64,000 bases of DNA from Bispira polyomma (lineage: Eukaryota). Location of the stretch: positions 36,704,001 through 36,768,000 of the forward strand of contig OZ287758.1 of assembly GCA_965649765.1 (NCBI GenBank), in the 5' to 3' direction. The notes below the pieces were generated by a model. The model was not told where the DNA came from, made no database searches, and saw only the letters and a program-made list of their open reading frames with translations. Position 1 is the first letter of the stretch. Every line of letters starts with the position of its first letter. A program made the translations under genes and the position numbers. Of this stretch, positions 26,981-40,164 are shown in pieces.

Positions 26981-29140
26981 CAGATTATTCCCATGTTAAA
27001 ATTATTGCCCGGTAACTTTAACATGGGGATAATTTAAACTTACCGCCCGGTAACTTTAAATCGATTTAAATTACCCCCAGAGGTAACTTAAACTTGGTTT
27101 TGATGTACCCCTACTCCTGTTTAAAGTACCCCCTATTTTCACCTGATTGTTGGGTTCCCTCTTTTCTTTTAATATATATATTTTATTTATTCCAGTAACA
27201 AGTGTTCAACAATTATAATTATATATAAAGACACATTTTTATTGATTACTCACAGGCTTTAAGGCCTATTTATTACTTTAGATTTACAATTCAATCAAAA
27301 GTTATTGGTGCATGTAATAAACAAGAAAATGTTTTTATTATTTTTGAATATATGTGGTTTGAGAATGAATAAAGAGAAGACAAAGGTATGACTTCAATTG
27401 GTCGAAAACACAGAATATACCATGCTTGGATGAAAGTTTTTAACCAAATTGAATGATATAACAGAGCGAAAGCTTTACAAAATATAAAGAAAGAAGAACC
27501 AAAAATGGAATAATAGATACCATTTGCTAAAATAACAGTAATAAAGGCAATACAACAGTTTCAAATGTATCTGACAAAGGTTTTTTTATGAATACCTTAA
27601 ATAATATTTTGTATAATTTCTCGTTGAATGGAAAACCTGACAAAATAAAGATAGCCACTATTAGTTCCAACTACATCCAGGGCGGGTTTTTTTTACAAAC
27701 AGTAATTATAACCTTTGCCAATGAGTGGCAATGAGTGGTGTAATACAATTTTGCCTCAGTCAACGGGTCAACCTCAGATATGTGACAAAAGTGATATGAT
27801 AATGCGTCAATGAAAAATAGCATCAAGCACTTTCAGGCATTTACTATATATATGTACATATATCTAATAACTAGCTAACAGGTTAGTGGCATGCCTCCCA
27901 GCTAACAAATTCTGACAGAGAAACTCAAACAATTTTTTATAGTAGTTGTGTCACCCAGTACACAACTTGGCATGACTCATGGCTGAAATGGGGTTGAAGG
28001 TGTTTATTATTAAAAAGGAGAGGACTCCTCTCACTGATCTTAAGTGCTGCTCAGCTTGTACACCTTGGAGAGATAAATCGCAAATTTAACTGAAGCATTA
28101 ACATTTTAAACTATTATACAGTAAAACTAAATGTTAAATCCTTTATTTCAAAGCATGCAAGTGAGTCCAATGGAAATTTGAGAAATCAACAAATCAATTA
28201 CATTTGAATGCAGTTTTATGAAGTTACCAAGGATGCAAGAAATTTACAATGTTTAAAACCGGGCAAACCGAAAAGTAAAAGTTATTTTATGAAATAAAGT
28301 GAAAAGATACTCAGGGATGAGTACAGATATACTGATTTAGAAGATTATTTGGGCTTTGATTTTCAAAATATGCTTTAAGAGTATTGAAGACATGAACTCT
28401 TTTGGTTTGAATGCTGAATGATTATAAAATTTTGGGAACTAGTTATAAAAAGTATAAAAGGATAACTTAAATTCGATTTTAGGATACACCCCCCCTGTTT
28501 TCTAGCATTTAGAATTGATTGAAATCGGCTATCTTTAACAAATTTAGTAGAAATAAGCTTTATTCGAGCGGACTTATTGCACTACATTTCTATATTATAA
28601 TAAGAATTACAATGTTATGTTAACATAAGAATGTCTTTGTGGGGGATAACTTAAAATCGATTTGAGATTACCCCATTGCTCTGTAGCATTAGTTTTGGAG
28701 TACATTTTAAGGTTTTACTGAGGTTTGATTGAAATAGACTGTCTTTAACTAATGGAAATAGTCTTAAATAAGACTGCACATAATATATTGTAGTGATAAT
28801 TACAATGTTGTGGTACTATAAAAATGTTAGTTTGGGGTATCTAAAGCCTATACTAACATTCTTATATTCACATAAAATTGTAATTGTCACTTTGATGAAA
28901 AAGTCTGTTGTATTATGTCCAGTCTTATTAAAGCCTATTTCCATTGCTTCATTTGGTGGATTGGGTGTAACAATTTTATTTTACCTCTTTGGAAATTTAA
29001 AATTGATTTTAAATTACTGGGGGTAATCTAAAATCGATTTTAAATTACTGGGGGTAATCTAAAATCGATTTTAAATTACCGGGGTAATAATACAAAGCAG
29101 GGTTAATTTTTACATGCTAACCCAGTAAATCTAATATCTG
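26981..29140. mobile_element. Probable non-autonomous DNA transposon in the BCO intron
   Basis: Oppositely oriented subterminal motif arrays (AAATCGATTTAAATTACCCC left; 31-bp GGGGTAATCTAAAATCGATTTTAAATTACT x~3 right); short ends CAGATTATT / AATATCTG. Confidence 0.4.
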
Positions 29141-29194
29141 ATTTACTTATTATTATAACTCAGGTCTTATTTTAAATTTTACTGTATTTCTTAG

Positions 29195-30586
29195 ATCAAG
29201 AATGGTCCAGGTCAGTTTGAGGAAGGCCCAACTTCATTTACTCATGCCTTTGATGGATTTGCTAAACTTCCTGTGATCAACTTCACTGGAAATCAGTCCC
29301 TACAATTCTCCACAAAGGTTCTGCCCAGTAAGTCTTATAACAGTTCCATGCATTACGGAGACATTGCACCCTACGTTTTTTTTAGACAGACCAACCCTCC
29401 ATTTTGTGAATTCCAAAAGATCTAGGCTATACTCCATAATACTGACAACTGCCCTGTCAATGTTTACAAGTTTCCATCATCAAAAAATGCACCAGTAAAT
29501 AAAACATCAGGAAAAGTTGCCGTTATGGCTGATATATGGAACATGTACCTTTTCAACATTGAAAACTTTCTGGAGATTGAGAAAGTCGAACCCTCAATAT
29601 CAGAGGGTACACATACAAATCACTTCTTCCCTTTGTTATCATCTGCACATCCTATTCGAGAATACAACAAGAATACATTCATCACCATTCTGTCCGAACT
29701 AAATCCCCTTCCATGGCAAAAGAACGCATTGCATATTGTGCTCATCCTATCAAACAAAGAAAGAGAAGTTCTTGCGACTGTACACATTGATAAGATTGCA
29801 TACATGCACTCCTTTGGCCTGACCCTACAACATGCTGTCTTGTTTTATGATCCACTTTTCCTGAACTTAGAGAAAATGCTTGAAAGTGCCACCTTGTCAT
29901 CTGCCTTTATTTGGACACCCCAAGAGTATACCACCATCTATGTCATCAACGTTGCCACTAAATATGTCTTTCACATGGAAACCAAACGTGGTATTCATTT
30001 GCACCATGTCAATACATACGAAGAGGCTGGTCATATAATTACAGACTTTGTCGTATACCCAGACCCATACTTCCTGTTTAATGTGCAGCTAGATGCCCTG
30101 AAAAATGCCACATTTAGGAGCAAGATCCGGCAAAACTGTACTTTAGTACGTTACGATATTGACCTGAAGAAAGAAACAGTTAAAAGGCACAGGATACAAT
30201 CAGTGTACAAATTCGTGAAACACTTGGAACTTCCAACTATCAATGAAGCATTTCGGTTCAGAAAGTACTGCTTTATCTATGGTGCTACTACTAGGATATT
30301 CGGCAATGACTTCAGCGAAATGGCCATCGTGAAGAAAGATTTGTGCCAGGGTGAAGATTTGGTCTGGGCCAAAACCTACCATTACGTCTCTGAGCCCACA
30401 TTTATAGCCAATCCCCGTGGTAAGCGTGAGGATGACGGTGTGGTTAATGCCATCATAATGGATGGGTTGGCTGGTCTGTCTTATGTCTTAGTACTGGATG
30501 CTCATACATTTGAAGTTTTGGACGTTGCCTACCTACCAACATTTGTGCCTACTCTGATACATGGCAGGTTCTTTAAGGAGAATTAG
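29195..30586 (+). CDS. Carotenoid oxygenase (RPE65/BCO superfamily) exon 2, with in-frame TAG at 29423-29425 (possible pseudogene or null allele)
   Basis: Acceptor TTTCTTAG|ATC; motifs KNGPG, HAFDGFA, TDNCPVNV, SAHP, YMHSFG, HHVNTYE, ELPTIN, SEPTF...EDDG, LIHGRF, with all four Fe-binding His. Spliced CDS ~527 codons. Confidence 0.9.
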
Positions 30587-32999
30587 AGGAAATATTATGC
30601 ATAAACATTATTAAACATTCGAACAGGAATAACAGGAATAGTCTTGGCCAATGTGTATAGTGATATAAATAATACATTTATCAAGGTAGTTTTAAATTTT
30701 AACCATGTCTATCCCTGTGAAATAGGTATTATAGCCAAACTTAATTTTAAAATGAAGTGTATCATATTTGTTGGAATATTAGAAAGTAAACTCTGCATAG
30801 TAAAATTACTAATCTCTAATTTGAGTTAATCCATTACTTATAATTGAATGTAAAACTTTTATTACATTTTTTCACCTCTGTGCTTCTAATGTTGTGAAAA
30901 AAAACATATATTGTACACCAATTCGACTATTGTCCATAAATAAACAACATTTTGAAGCTAGATATTACATACCCTGTTTGTCAATTTTGTTGGAACATAT
31001 ATAAACGTTATTTTAAAGTGATATATGTGGTCTGCACTGTATATCTTTGTTGATATGACATATTAAAATGTGACTTGTTAATATATGACATGTGGCATGT
31101 GTTGTTCGAGGGACATAGAATTGGTGTTTTGAAGCATAACAAAAGGTCATAAATTCAATCTCAACACTGCTATCGCACATATCCTCCCAATAAAGACACT
31201 TAGTTGATATTTTGCATCATTTTTATACTTTTTAAAACCTTTTGTATGGCTTTTTCTGTGTTTTCATGGCTATTTCTTTAGTGTGCTATAGTTTTTTGCT
31301 TGCATAAATCTTCATTTTTGCTAAGCAGAGTTTTTTTTACATAAATGCTTTTACCCTGCTTTCACAAATGTAACAGTCACTGCAAACGCAAATTGCATGG
31401 CCTTTCAGTCGCTAAAATATTCCCTTTCACTGTCAAGCATGGTTTCATACCCCTATTGACTCCCGATTCCTTCCTTGTGAGCCTTTACCCAAGCTCTTTC
31501 TGATTTACTAGAAGCCCCCAACTTTCGTTCATCCAAAGCCAGGTTGTTTTAATATTCACGTTGACATCTATAACGCAGTCACCAGAATTTGCAACAGCCC
31601 CATAGGCACTTTTAAATTCACACAATTTGCCTTCAGTTTGTCTCTAGTTGTCAGAGCATAATATCTAGGTCACCGATGGGATGCCCATCTTGCCAGTTTC
31701 GCCCATCTTACTTTGCAACCAAACCTGTGTCATTAAAACTTGAGTCATGAGTCGCCAGTGCAAGAATGCGTCAACACAGCCCGAGCATGCATACTGTAAC
31801 CACTATTCTTGGCAGTCATTCCCCATGGGTTTCCAAAACCCTTCCACTCTGCGTCCCCCATTAATAGACTAACCCAAACATCAAGCCAAACAACGTCTAT
31901 GTTAACTTGAAGTCTGTGACGTTGCCCCAAATCACCATTTGACAGTAGGTGCTATATGACCGCCAAAAACCTCTTCAATATGTGGATGGTTGAGGCCAAG
32001 AAAGAGCATTATGACAGTCTTTAAAAATTATGAAACTCAATTAATAAAATATTCTACTATACATATGAACAAGCTTTGTCTGATATGAAGTGAACGAGTG
32101 CCTTATGGGCCAACGTCAGATGTCAGTTTTCCCTGGTTGGCAGCTTTCACTAATGCTCATTAGGCTTCTACACGGTTCCAAAAATTCCCGCCAAATTTTC
32201 CCTCTAAATTTGTTTAGTTGGCCAGCAATAGTAGCCACCCAACCTCATTCAGAAACTGGAGGTTGCAGAGAAAACAACTAAGATTACTCACCCACCCACT
32301 TCCAAAGTGTAAACGAATCTGAGGGGCTACATAGGTGTGTACAGAGTCATCTGAATGTCTGGATATCCAGTCAGGTGTTGCCAGTATGAAGGCGCGCCAG
32401 TGGCTATTCCACTATTAATAAATGTGTTATGTACAAAAACCTTTACCAGGCTAGCATACAATGCGTCTTTTTCAAGACTTGGTCTTGCACGGCTTTGCTT
32501 TATTGTATTTTCATTTTGTTAAGGGTTTAACTACAATGTTTTTATCTTTTAGTTTTTTTAGTATTTACCTTCAGTTTTAGTTTTATCAAAGTCAGCTTAG
32601 ATAGGCAGTTAACCATATACATTATGTATAAACATATCTTTCTAACAATACTGAGGTGTATAATGGACTAGTAATTTAATGTGGTAGATTAGCTTAAGGT
32701 TAAGGTAGCCTTAACATGCACATACGGTGGTGTCTCTACGTTGGTAGCCTAAAGTTAAGTTAAGGTAACCTCAAAGTAGTTAAGGACACCCTTGCATCCT
32801 TACCTTGAGTTAAGGTAGTCGTAGTTTAGAATTTAAGGTCACCTTATGCTAACCGTACACAGCTTGAGTTTGAGGTGACCTTATGGTAGTTGGTAGTGTG
32901 TTTTACTGTGTTTCTTAATGTATATCAATAAAAGCCCAGTTATGTAACAGATTCGTTGTCGCTGTGCTTATTCATTCTCCTTTGCATCAGGCATTTAAC

Positions 33000-33575
33000 T
33001 TCTTTTGGATCTGCCATCTGAGGAAAACTGATCACTGTGATTATAAGATAAATTTAAAAAAAAATGCTATTGAAAAGATAAACAAAATCCGGAATGGCTT
33101 TTCAAACAATATCTCAATTCCACCCTCCATCACTAGGTTACAAAGTTTACAATCTGCTACAGTTCTGTACACCTTTTGAGAACGCTGCTCTCAAACTCAT
33201 AATATCCTCTTCTATCAAATCATGTGAACAAGATCCTATCCCTGCTATTATTCCATTATTCTGACTGAATGCTAGGATATTCTTATCACCAAATATTATT
33301 AATGTTTCAATTAGGGATAGCAGTTTTACCACTTGTTTTGAAAACCGCTTATTTACCACCCCACCCCCCTCCACTAAAAAATATCAGGGATAGACAAAAA
33401 TTATGTGAAAATTATAGACCAAACTCCAACCCCAGCTTTGTCTATAAACTGGTTGAGAAAGCTGATGCAAAACAAATCTCCTACAAGATTAAAACACAAC
33501 AACTTTGCAAAATCACACCTATATGCTTACAGAAAGTGTCAATTTACATGTTCAAAACTGCCACATTGGTCTAAA
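33000..33575 (+). mobile_element. L2-type LINE RT fragment
   Basis: EKINKIR, KSCEQDPIP, NYRPNSNPSFVYKLVEKA; degenerate. Confidence 0.65.
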
Positions 33576-33649
33576 ATCCCCCCCATACAGGCCTCCCAAA
33601 ATACATCAGACTATATAAGTTAATATAAATAATTATAATAATAATAATT

Positions 33650-34640
33650 AAAACATTTATATAGCACCAAATTGATGAGAACATCCTCTAAGGAGCTGAT
33701 ACACAAAAAGGGAAAATCAAGGAGCAAGCAAAGGTTGTTACCAAAAAGCATCCACCAAGGGAAGGGCGACTAAAGAGGGAGGTAGGCCAGTTGGAAATGG
33801 ACGCTTTCCATCCACGTATACACAGCCTTGAGGCATTTTGGCAACTCTGATATGCTTGAATGAAAATTTCTAGCATTTATCTCTAAGTATACTTGTGTAT
33901 CATCAGCATACAGGTGGTAGGTGACATTAAAATAAGAAATTATTTTACTGAAGGGAGTGCTGTACATTGTAAAAATAAGGGGGCCCAATACAGAACCTTC
34001 TGGGACACCGTGTGGTGGTGAGAAACCTTCTGAGAAATTGTCGCCAATTTTGATATTTTGCTTTCTATGGTGTAAGTAGGACCGAATCCAACTAAGGACA
34101 GTGCAAATTGATGCCAAACCAATCAGACATAAAATTACAAAGGATAGTATGGTCGATGGTGTCAAAGGCAGCAGACAGGTTCAGTGTGAGTGCCACTGCT
34201 TTACTGTTGTCAACAGCGACAGATATTTCCTTTGTGAATTTTCAACAAAGTGGTTTCGGTTGAGAGATTTCGTCTGTATGCTCACTGATGTATATTTGTG
34301 GTGCCTGTAAAGTCGTTTAGTTGTTTTGCTACTGCTTTCTCAATGAGTTTGGAGACATAGCTCAGATTGAACACGGGTCTGTAATTTTTAAGGATATTTC
34401 TGTCAAGACTGGGTTTTTTAAGAAGTGGATAAACATAGGCGGTTTTAAAGCAAGATGGGAAGGTGCCTTCCTGGAGTAAAAGAATAATGATACTAGTAAT
34501 GGGTGTGATAAGAATGTCAATACATTCCTTTAACAAGGATGTAGCGATTGGATCCAGATCACAGGACTTATTTGGAGATGATTGCTGTAATCCTGACAAA
34601 TTATTTCTCAATGTTTGTACCTTCAATTGCAGTAAACACA
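33650..34640 (-). mobile_element. L2-type LINE RT fragment with 3' end
   Basis: KSCDLDPIATSLLKEC, NYRPVFNLSYVSKLIEK, GVPEGSVLGPLIFTMY, HLYADDTQVY; internal deletion before the 3' UTR and (TAA)-rich tail. Confidence 0.85.
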
Positions 34641-35099
34641 GATAAAAGATCCATTTTAATCATAGTTTCTCACACACTGCACCCAATTTATGCAATGACC
34701 TACCACATGATATTACATGCCCCATTCTCTCTCACCCAGCCAAGTTCTAATGCTCTGGAGTAAACTGGTATATAAGTGTGGCGAGAGCCTGTACTTTTGT
34801 ACTAGATTTAAGCCTAAGACTAAGTTAATTTTGTTACTGAATATGGGCCCGGGCTGGGTTAATGGTGTCTCTCACCTTTGCTGCAGCAATTCCACCTTTT
34901 TAGTTGAGCTTGGCTTAAAATTTGCTAGATATAGTACAGCTTGAACAAGAAAGTTCACTTTGTGGAGAATGGGTAATTGATTATGTGGTACTTCCCTAAG
35001 TAACATGATAAATTTTCTTCATATATATACATTGCATTGATAATTATGATACTGTACATTGTGATAACTAAGACACACACCTATGTATTCCACTGTTAA

Positions 35100-35333
35100 T
35101 ATAGAGAATAGGTTGAATATGTACCGAATTACATGTGGTAAAAGAGGAAAATAGAGAAATTGTGTCGATAAATTGTGTCGATAAATTGATTTTTGCTACT
35201 ATTTGTTTCTTTGTTTATCGATTCTCCTCTTGGCTGTATTAAGAGGTAATCGATAGTAATCAATTCGATGTTATTATTTTTTACCTTTATATATTTAAAA
35301 ATTGTTTGTACATACACTCAATCTATTTCTATA
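35100..35333. mobile_element. Small MITE-like inverted repeat
   Basis: TATAGAGAATAGGTTGAATATGTAC ... GTACATACACTCAATCTATTTCTATA, with internal TCGAT motifs. Confidence 0.4.
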
Positions 35334-37119
35334 CACACTGAATACTTCGAGGAATGATATGATCTATAGCCTGGCAGAATATTCAATATTGCAATTATGC
35401 AATTATATCAAGTGTCTCTTTTTTAGTAATGAAGTAATGTAATCTAGGCTGTATCAATAGGCAATTTTCAATATTCAATTGGTGTAATATATTGTATTAT
35501 ATATAATATATCTGTATTCGTACTTTTAGTACATCCAAATGCAAATATATGGTTACATACAGTTAACAATTTTAAAAAATCCAAAAGAAAACAAAACACA
35601 AATTAATTGATACAAAAATATTCTGAAAGCCTATTTAGTTCATCAAGTTAAAAAAATATTATTACCCAAATTGTCTGCACTTACATACTTTGTTTTGAAG
35701 TAAGAGATGCAACACCGGTCAAAAACACTTATTGGCACTTCCTTTTTAAACTTTCTTTTTCAAACCAAACTTATTCAGTTTTGAGGGCTTTGCACAAATA
35801 TGTTTGTATCTGTTTTGAAATCATTAAAGCAATGCTTAATAAAACTTTCATAAATAAATACTTATTTATGTTAGCACTTATGTGCCCTCTTTTGAAGTAA
35901 TAAAGCCAGCACAAAGCAATCAAATATAACGTTAAAATTTGGAATTCTAATATCTCATTTAAATCTTTTAACTTTTTAAATGTTATAACTTTTGTCTAAA
36001 GATAGGCCAATATTTAGTTTTTACTAACACATTAGGCATATAAACTTTTCATGTAACATGTTTTTCTATATTTAAATTAATAAAATGTTGACAACAATAG
36101 ATATAATTAATATAACAGATGATTTAAATGTGCTTAATACCATATAAGATTACAAAGTGTATGGTGAGGTAGATCCAATAGGGATGAGAAATGATTATCC
36201 AGTTTGATTTTGGGGCATTTGAGAGCCAGATTGGATCTAATCCACTCAAGGACGTGTTTTTATTCCAAATCACTGTTTAAGGTTGTTGAATAGTAAAACA
36301 GGTCAATGGCATCAAAAGAGATGAGATATCAAGAAGGGTGAGGGCTACAGTTTGATCATGATCAAAGGCAAGGTTTATGTCATTACTAATCTCATTTAAT
36401 CTAATATATTCTGTAATGGCGCTTAATCTCCATATTGACAGATTCCGGGGCCAAAATCAAAATCGTTATTCAGTAATCATGTTGTGTTGGACAGAAATAA
36501 GTTAGATACCAGGGACCCAGTCAGTGATGGTAAGACCGTGTCAGGAGGGATAAGCTTTTTGATAGAGATATGTCTTGAGCTTGCTTCTGAAGGTTGAAAG
36601 AGAAGATGGTGGTGGTGGGGGGTGTTTATTTGCATTTGCATATGCATATTTTTGCAGCCCCGTTTAGCCAACTTTATGAAGAGTATATGCCCAGTTTTGA
36701 CCAGATTTCACCAGTTTATGACAAAGTTATGACAAGACCAGCTCTAATCAGTTTATCACACGTTCATGTAATGTTTGCTCCAGATTACACCAAATCAATC
36801 CAGTTCTAACCAGATCACACCACACAAGTTCTAAGTAGTTTAAGATCACACAAGTCCTTTACAATAGGAGAAAACAGCCCTTCTGAACGTGGACAGTGTG
36901 ACTGGCACATTAGTCTGTTATTGAATACGGCCATGTTTTTGTTTGAGCCCAAACAGCTGATGACCTCCAAAGGCCAAATGACACAATAAAGATACATTAT
37001 TATTGACTGGTTCAAGTCCCAGTGATTGATAATAATCTAATTTGGTTCCAATATAAAATGCTGTTCCATATATTAGTTACCTGAAGGGTATAAATATTGT
37101 CCCATTTGTTGAAGACTAC

Positions 37120-37680
37120 TAAGGCGTACCCGAAGATTTGAGTAATATGTTTGGATAATGGGACACAATGTGCATATACAGATTTCAAATAATAGCAAAC
37201 CAAATATAACACAAATTCTGTGCACTCTACTCTCCACAATAAAACTAAACCTTGTAAAGTGGTTAGAGAACAATTTTTACATGATTAGATGTCTACTCAT
37301 TGAAGCAAAATTACCCAAATTTTTGTGGATACATGTAGTCCGGTCTATATCAGAAACAGATGTTACAGTCTTAGACTTAGAATTACACCATGTGAACAAA
37401 TAAGAGCAAATAGCCAAATCTCAGTAGGATGCATGTAAAAAGTAAAAATTGTGTATTTCTGTTCTTATGATAAAAGATATCTAGCATACCTTTGGATATA
37501 CCTTTAGGATTATGTAACCTCAGTTGAAACAAATAAGCTTAATCTTGATTATTGTTACAGAATGATTGGTATGCTAGAAACATATGCTATTTCTTGTTCA
37601 TATGAACAAAACTCTCGTAAGTACCAGCAAACTATGCATGAAGAATTCACTGCATTATGTGAGAACAAACTTTTGCATGC
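37120..37680 (+). mobile_element. Ty1/Copia remnant (integrase and RT start)
   Basis: DNGT, MIRCLLIEAKLPKFLW..V....IRNRCYS, DYCYRM, MHEEFTALCEN. Confidence 0.75.
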
Positions 37681-37691
37681 AATAGATTCTC

Positions 37692-38170
37692 TGTGTCTTT
37701 AAAATGTGAAACCTAATGTGGGATTCAATTGCACCATGTCAATTGATACCGACGAGGATGGTCATCTAATTAAAGACTTTATTATATACTCAGACCCACA
37801 CTTCTAGTTTAATATGCAGCTAGATGAATTGAAGAATGCCACAATATGATCAAACAAAACAAGATCAAACAAAACTGTACCTTGGTACGTCACAATATTG
37901 ACCTGAAAACAGAAGTAGATGAGCAAACGATGTAGTCGGGATACAGATTTATGAAACATCTAGATGCTCCAAACATTAACAAAGCATTTCAGTTCAAGTA
38001 GTACTACTTCATCTATGGTGCCTCCACAAGTATATTCGGCAATGACTTTAGTGAGATTGCCATTGTTAAGAAAGACCTACCACTCTGAACTCACCTTTAT
38101 AGCCAATCCCAATGCTAAAAATGGGTATTAAATGCTCTTACATTTGATGTTTTGGAGGGTGGCTAGTTTG
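37692..38170 (+). pseudogene. Carotenoid oxygenase pseudogene fragment (copy A)
   Basis: Nucleotide similarity to 29965-30540 (TTGCACCATGTCAAT, TGCAGCTAGATG, CAAAACTGTAC, TTCGGCAATGACTT, TTTATAGCCAATCCC), with stops and deletions. Confidence 0.85.
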
Positions 38171-39949
38171 ATACATTAGAATTTTTCAAAGACTGTCAGT
38201 TGAAACTCTAATGAGTACATAATAAATTCAGTAACATAGTTGTTAAATTCTGCAATTCACTCTCTTGTAGGGGCCTTGATGGTGTAGTGGTAAGACATTC
38301 ATCTCCCACCTCTGCTTTCATTGGTTTAAGTCAAGAGCAGAATGAGTGGGTAGTCCATTAAGTTTATATCAGATAGTCGACAGAATACAGTCTGGCTGAA
38401 GCAATTTGGTAAAGCATAAAGAGAAAAATCTGCATTTCCGGGGATGACGCTAAGGCTTTTTTAGAGGAAGCGAAACAATATAGCGCAATCACAAATTGAT
38501 TATTCAAAAAGAAAATTTTACTGCGTATCTCTTGATCCACAGTAAGGAATAATTTAAATTGCCCCAGCCTTCACTGTATCGCAAAATGGTAAATATTGGC
38601 AGTTTTCGTGAATATTTAGTAAGTTAACATGAAGTTTTCATCATTAGTGTCATACCTTGTTCATTCATTTGATGTTGCATACATCACATACGTTGTCAGA
38701 CCATAAATGTGTTATCAGGCATTTCAGAGTAAAGAGTAGAAGATTTCTACTGTTTATTTACAATAATCTTCAAGTATACTGTGTATACCATTAAATTTAA
38801 AAATATTATTGCAAAACTAGGTATTTTTACATAATAATATATAATGAATGTAATTACAAGCAACTTGCACTTTTAATAACTCTAATAAAATATTATATCC
38901 CATTGGATGTGAAATTAATTAAAATTAATATCACTTATGTGAAAGCAAAACTGTAAAAGCTACGATTTAACTTTATGCCAAGTGTCACTGACATTGTATT
39001 TGAAATAGTCGTTTAGCCACAGACTGATATACATTTTCTCAGGTGTTTGTTGTGTGAGGAAACAATACTCCTAATACAAGAACAATGTTGTAACTAGTGA
39101 AACTATCTAGTATAAAAGGATTAGCTCAGTTTTAACTGGATTAAACATAGCATTTCAAGTCTAAACAGTATGTAAGAAGTTTGAAAGCATCGGACAGGCC
39201 AGCATCACAACCTTTTGCATACAAAGTAGATCCGAGTGTCATCAGCATAAGGGTGATGTGTGACATAAAATTTGATGAAAGAACTGAGGGGGTGACTTTT
39301 TTGTTTAAGATGTTTTTTTTTATTAATTTAAGCAGAACATCAACCCGTAACCAATTTTCAAGGCAAATAAACAATGACGAGTGCACCATAATAAATATTT
39401 TCAAATGCTACTAAGAGATCTAAAATGATGAGATCAACAGCCTCTATCTAGAGTAACAAAAATATCCTTTTTAATGAGCTAAATGGGTGAAAACTACTAT
39501 AATGAAACTGATGAACATTATATTAATTTACAATATGATAATTCAACTGAGTAACAGCCATCTTCTCGATCAGTTTGGAGATGAAACTGAGGTTGGACAG
39601 TAGTTAGTATGAGTAGTTTTTCATAATAGTTTTTTTTTGATTTGGGGTGAGACATGAACGTATTTAAAACATGTTGCAAATTTATCCTCTTTGAATAATG
39701 TATTAATTATAGAGGTAATAGGAGTGAGTAGGATATGTCGGTAACCTTTCCCTCTATTATTGCATACATTCTGCAAGCTAGGGTGGTCTAGCTTGATGAC
39801 AGCTCTTGATTTAGAGACGCTTTTTAAAAGAACACCAAAGCAGCTTAGGATTGTATTTGGTACTATTAATAGTAGAATTGTACCAAGCAGTTATGCATAT
39901 TAACTGTATGTCTGTAAAGATTTCAGTTAATTGCTGACATTGTATAAGT

Positions 39950-40164
39950 CACCTCTGGAATCAGCAACCGTGGGTTGGACTCCCGTCGATGCCTATATGG
40001 GAAAGGTGGTAGTTCCTTACTGTGGGCCTCTGGTTTCAGTGCAGAATCTTGATCAACTAAAGGCAGTGTTTTCTCCTGCATTTTCAACTACCCGTCCCAA
40101 TATAACCTAAACAGGTACTAGAGTAGACGTTAAATATCCCAATTCAAAAAAAAAAAAAAAAAAA
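39950..40164 (+). mobile_element. 5'-truncated tRNA-derived SINE
   Basis: Same body as 21734-21985 (CCGTCCCAATATAACCTAAACAGGTACTAGAGT), followed by poly(A). Confidence 0.8.

Larger units (their letters stand above)
36478..39295 (+). repeat. Local segmental duplication, copy A
   Basis: Colinear with 52101-52786 plus 57932-60222 (roughly 90% identical by eye), with reciprocal indels. Confidence 0.9.

Noticed and set aside
31200-32400. Coding remnant (YR or other TE) upstream of the second palindrome array
   Set aside because: GC-richer, but I could not read convincing motifs in any frame; left uncalled.
32690-32890. Repeat-plus-unique-spacer pattern as a CRISPR array
   Set aside because: Repeats are only ~13 bp, degenerate and irregularly spaced; eukaryotic context; no cas genes.
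37012-37239. Minus-strand ORF (also 58104-58331) as an inverted BCO fragment (TNIWNSILY vs ADIWNMYLF)
   Set aside because: Similarity is too short, and half of the ORF is antisense Copia sequence.
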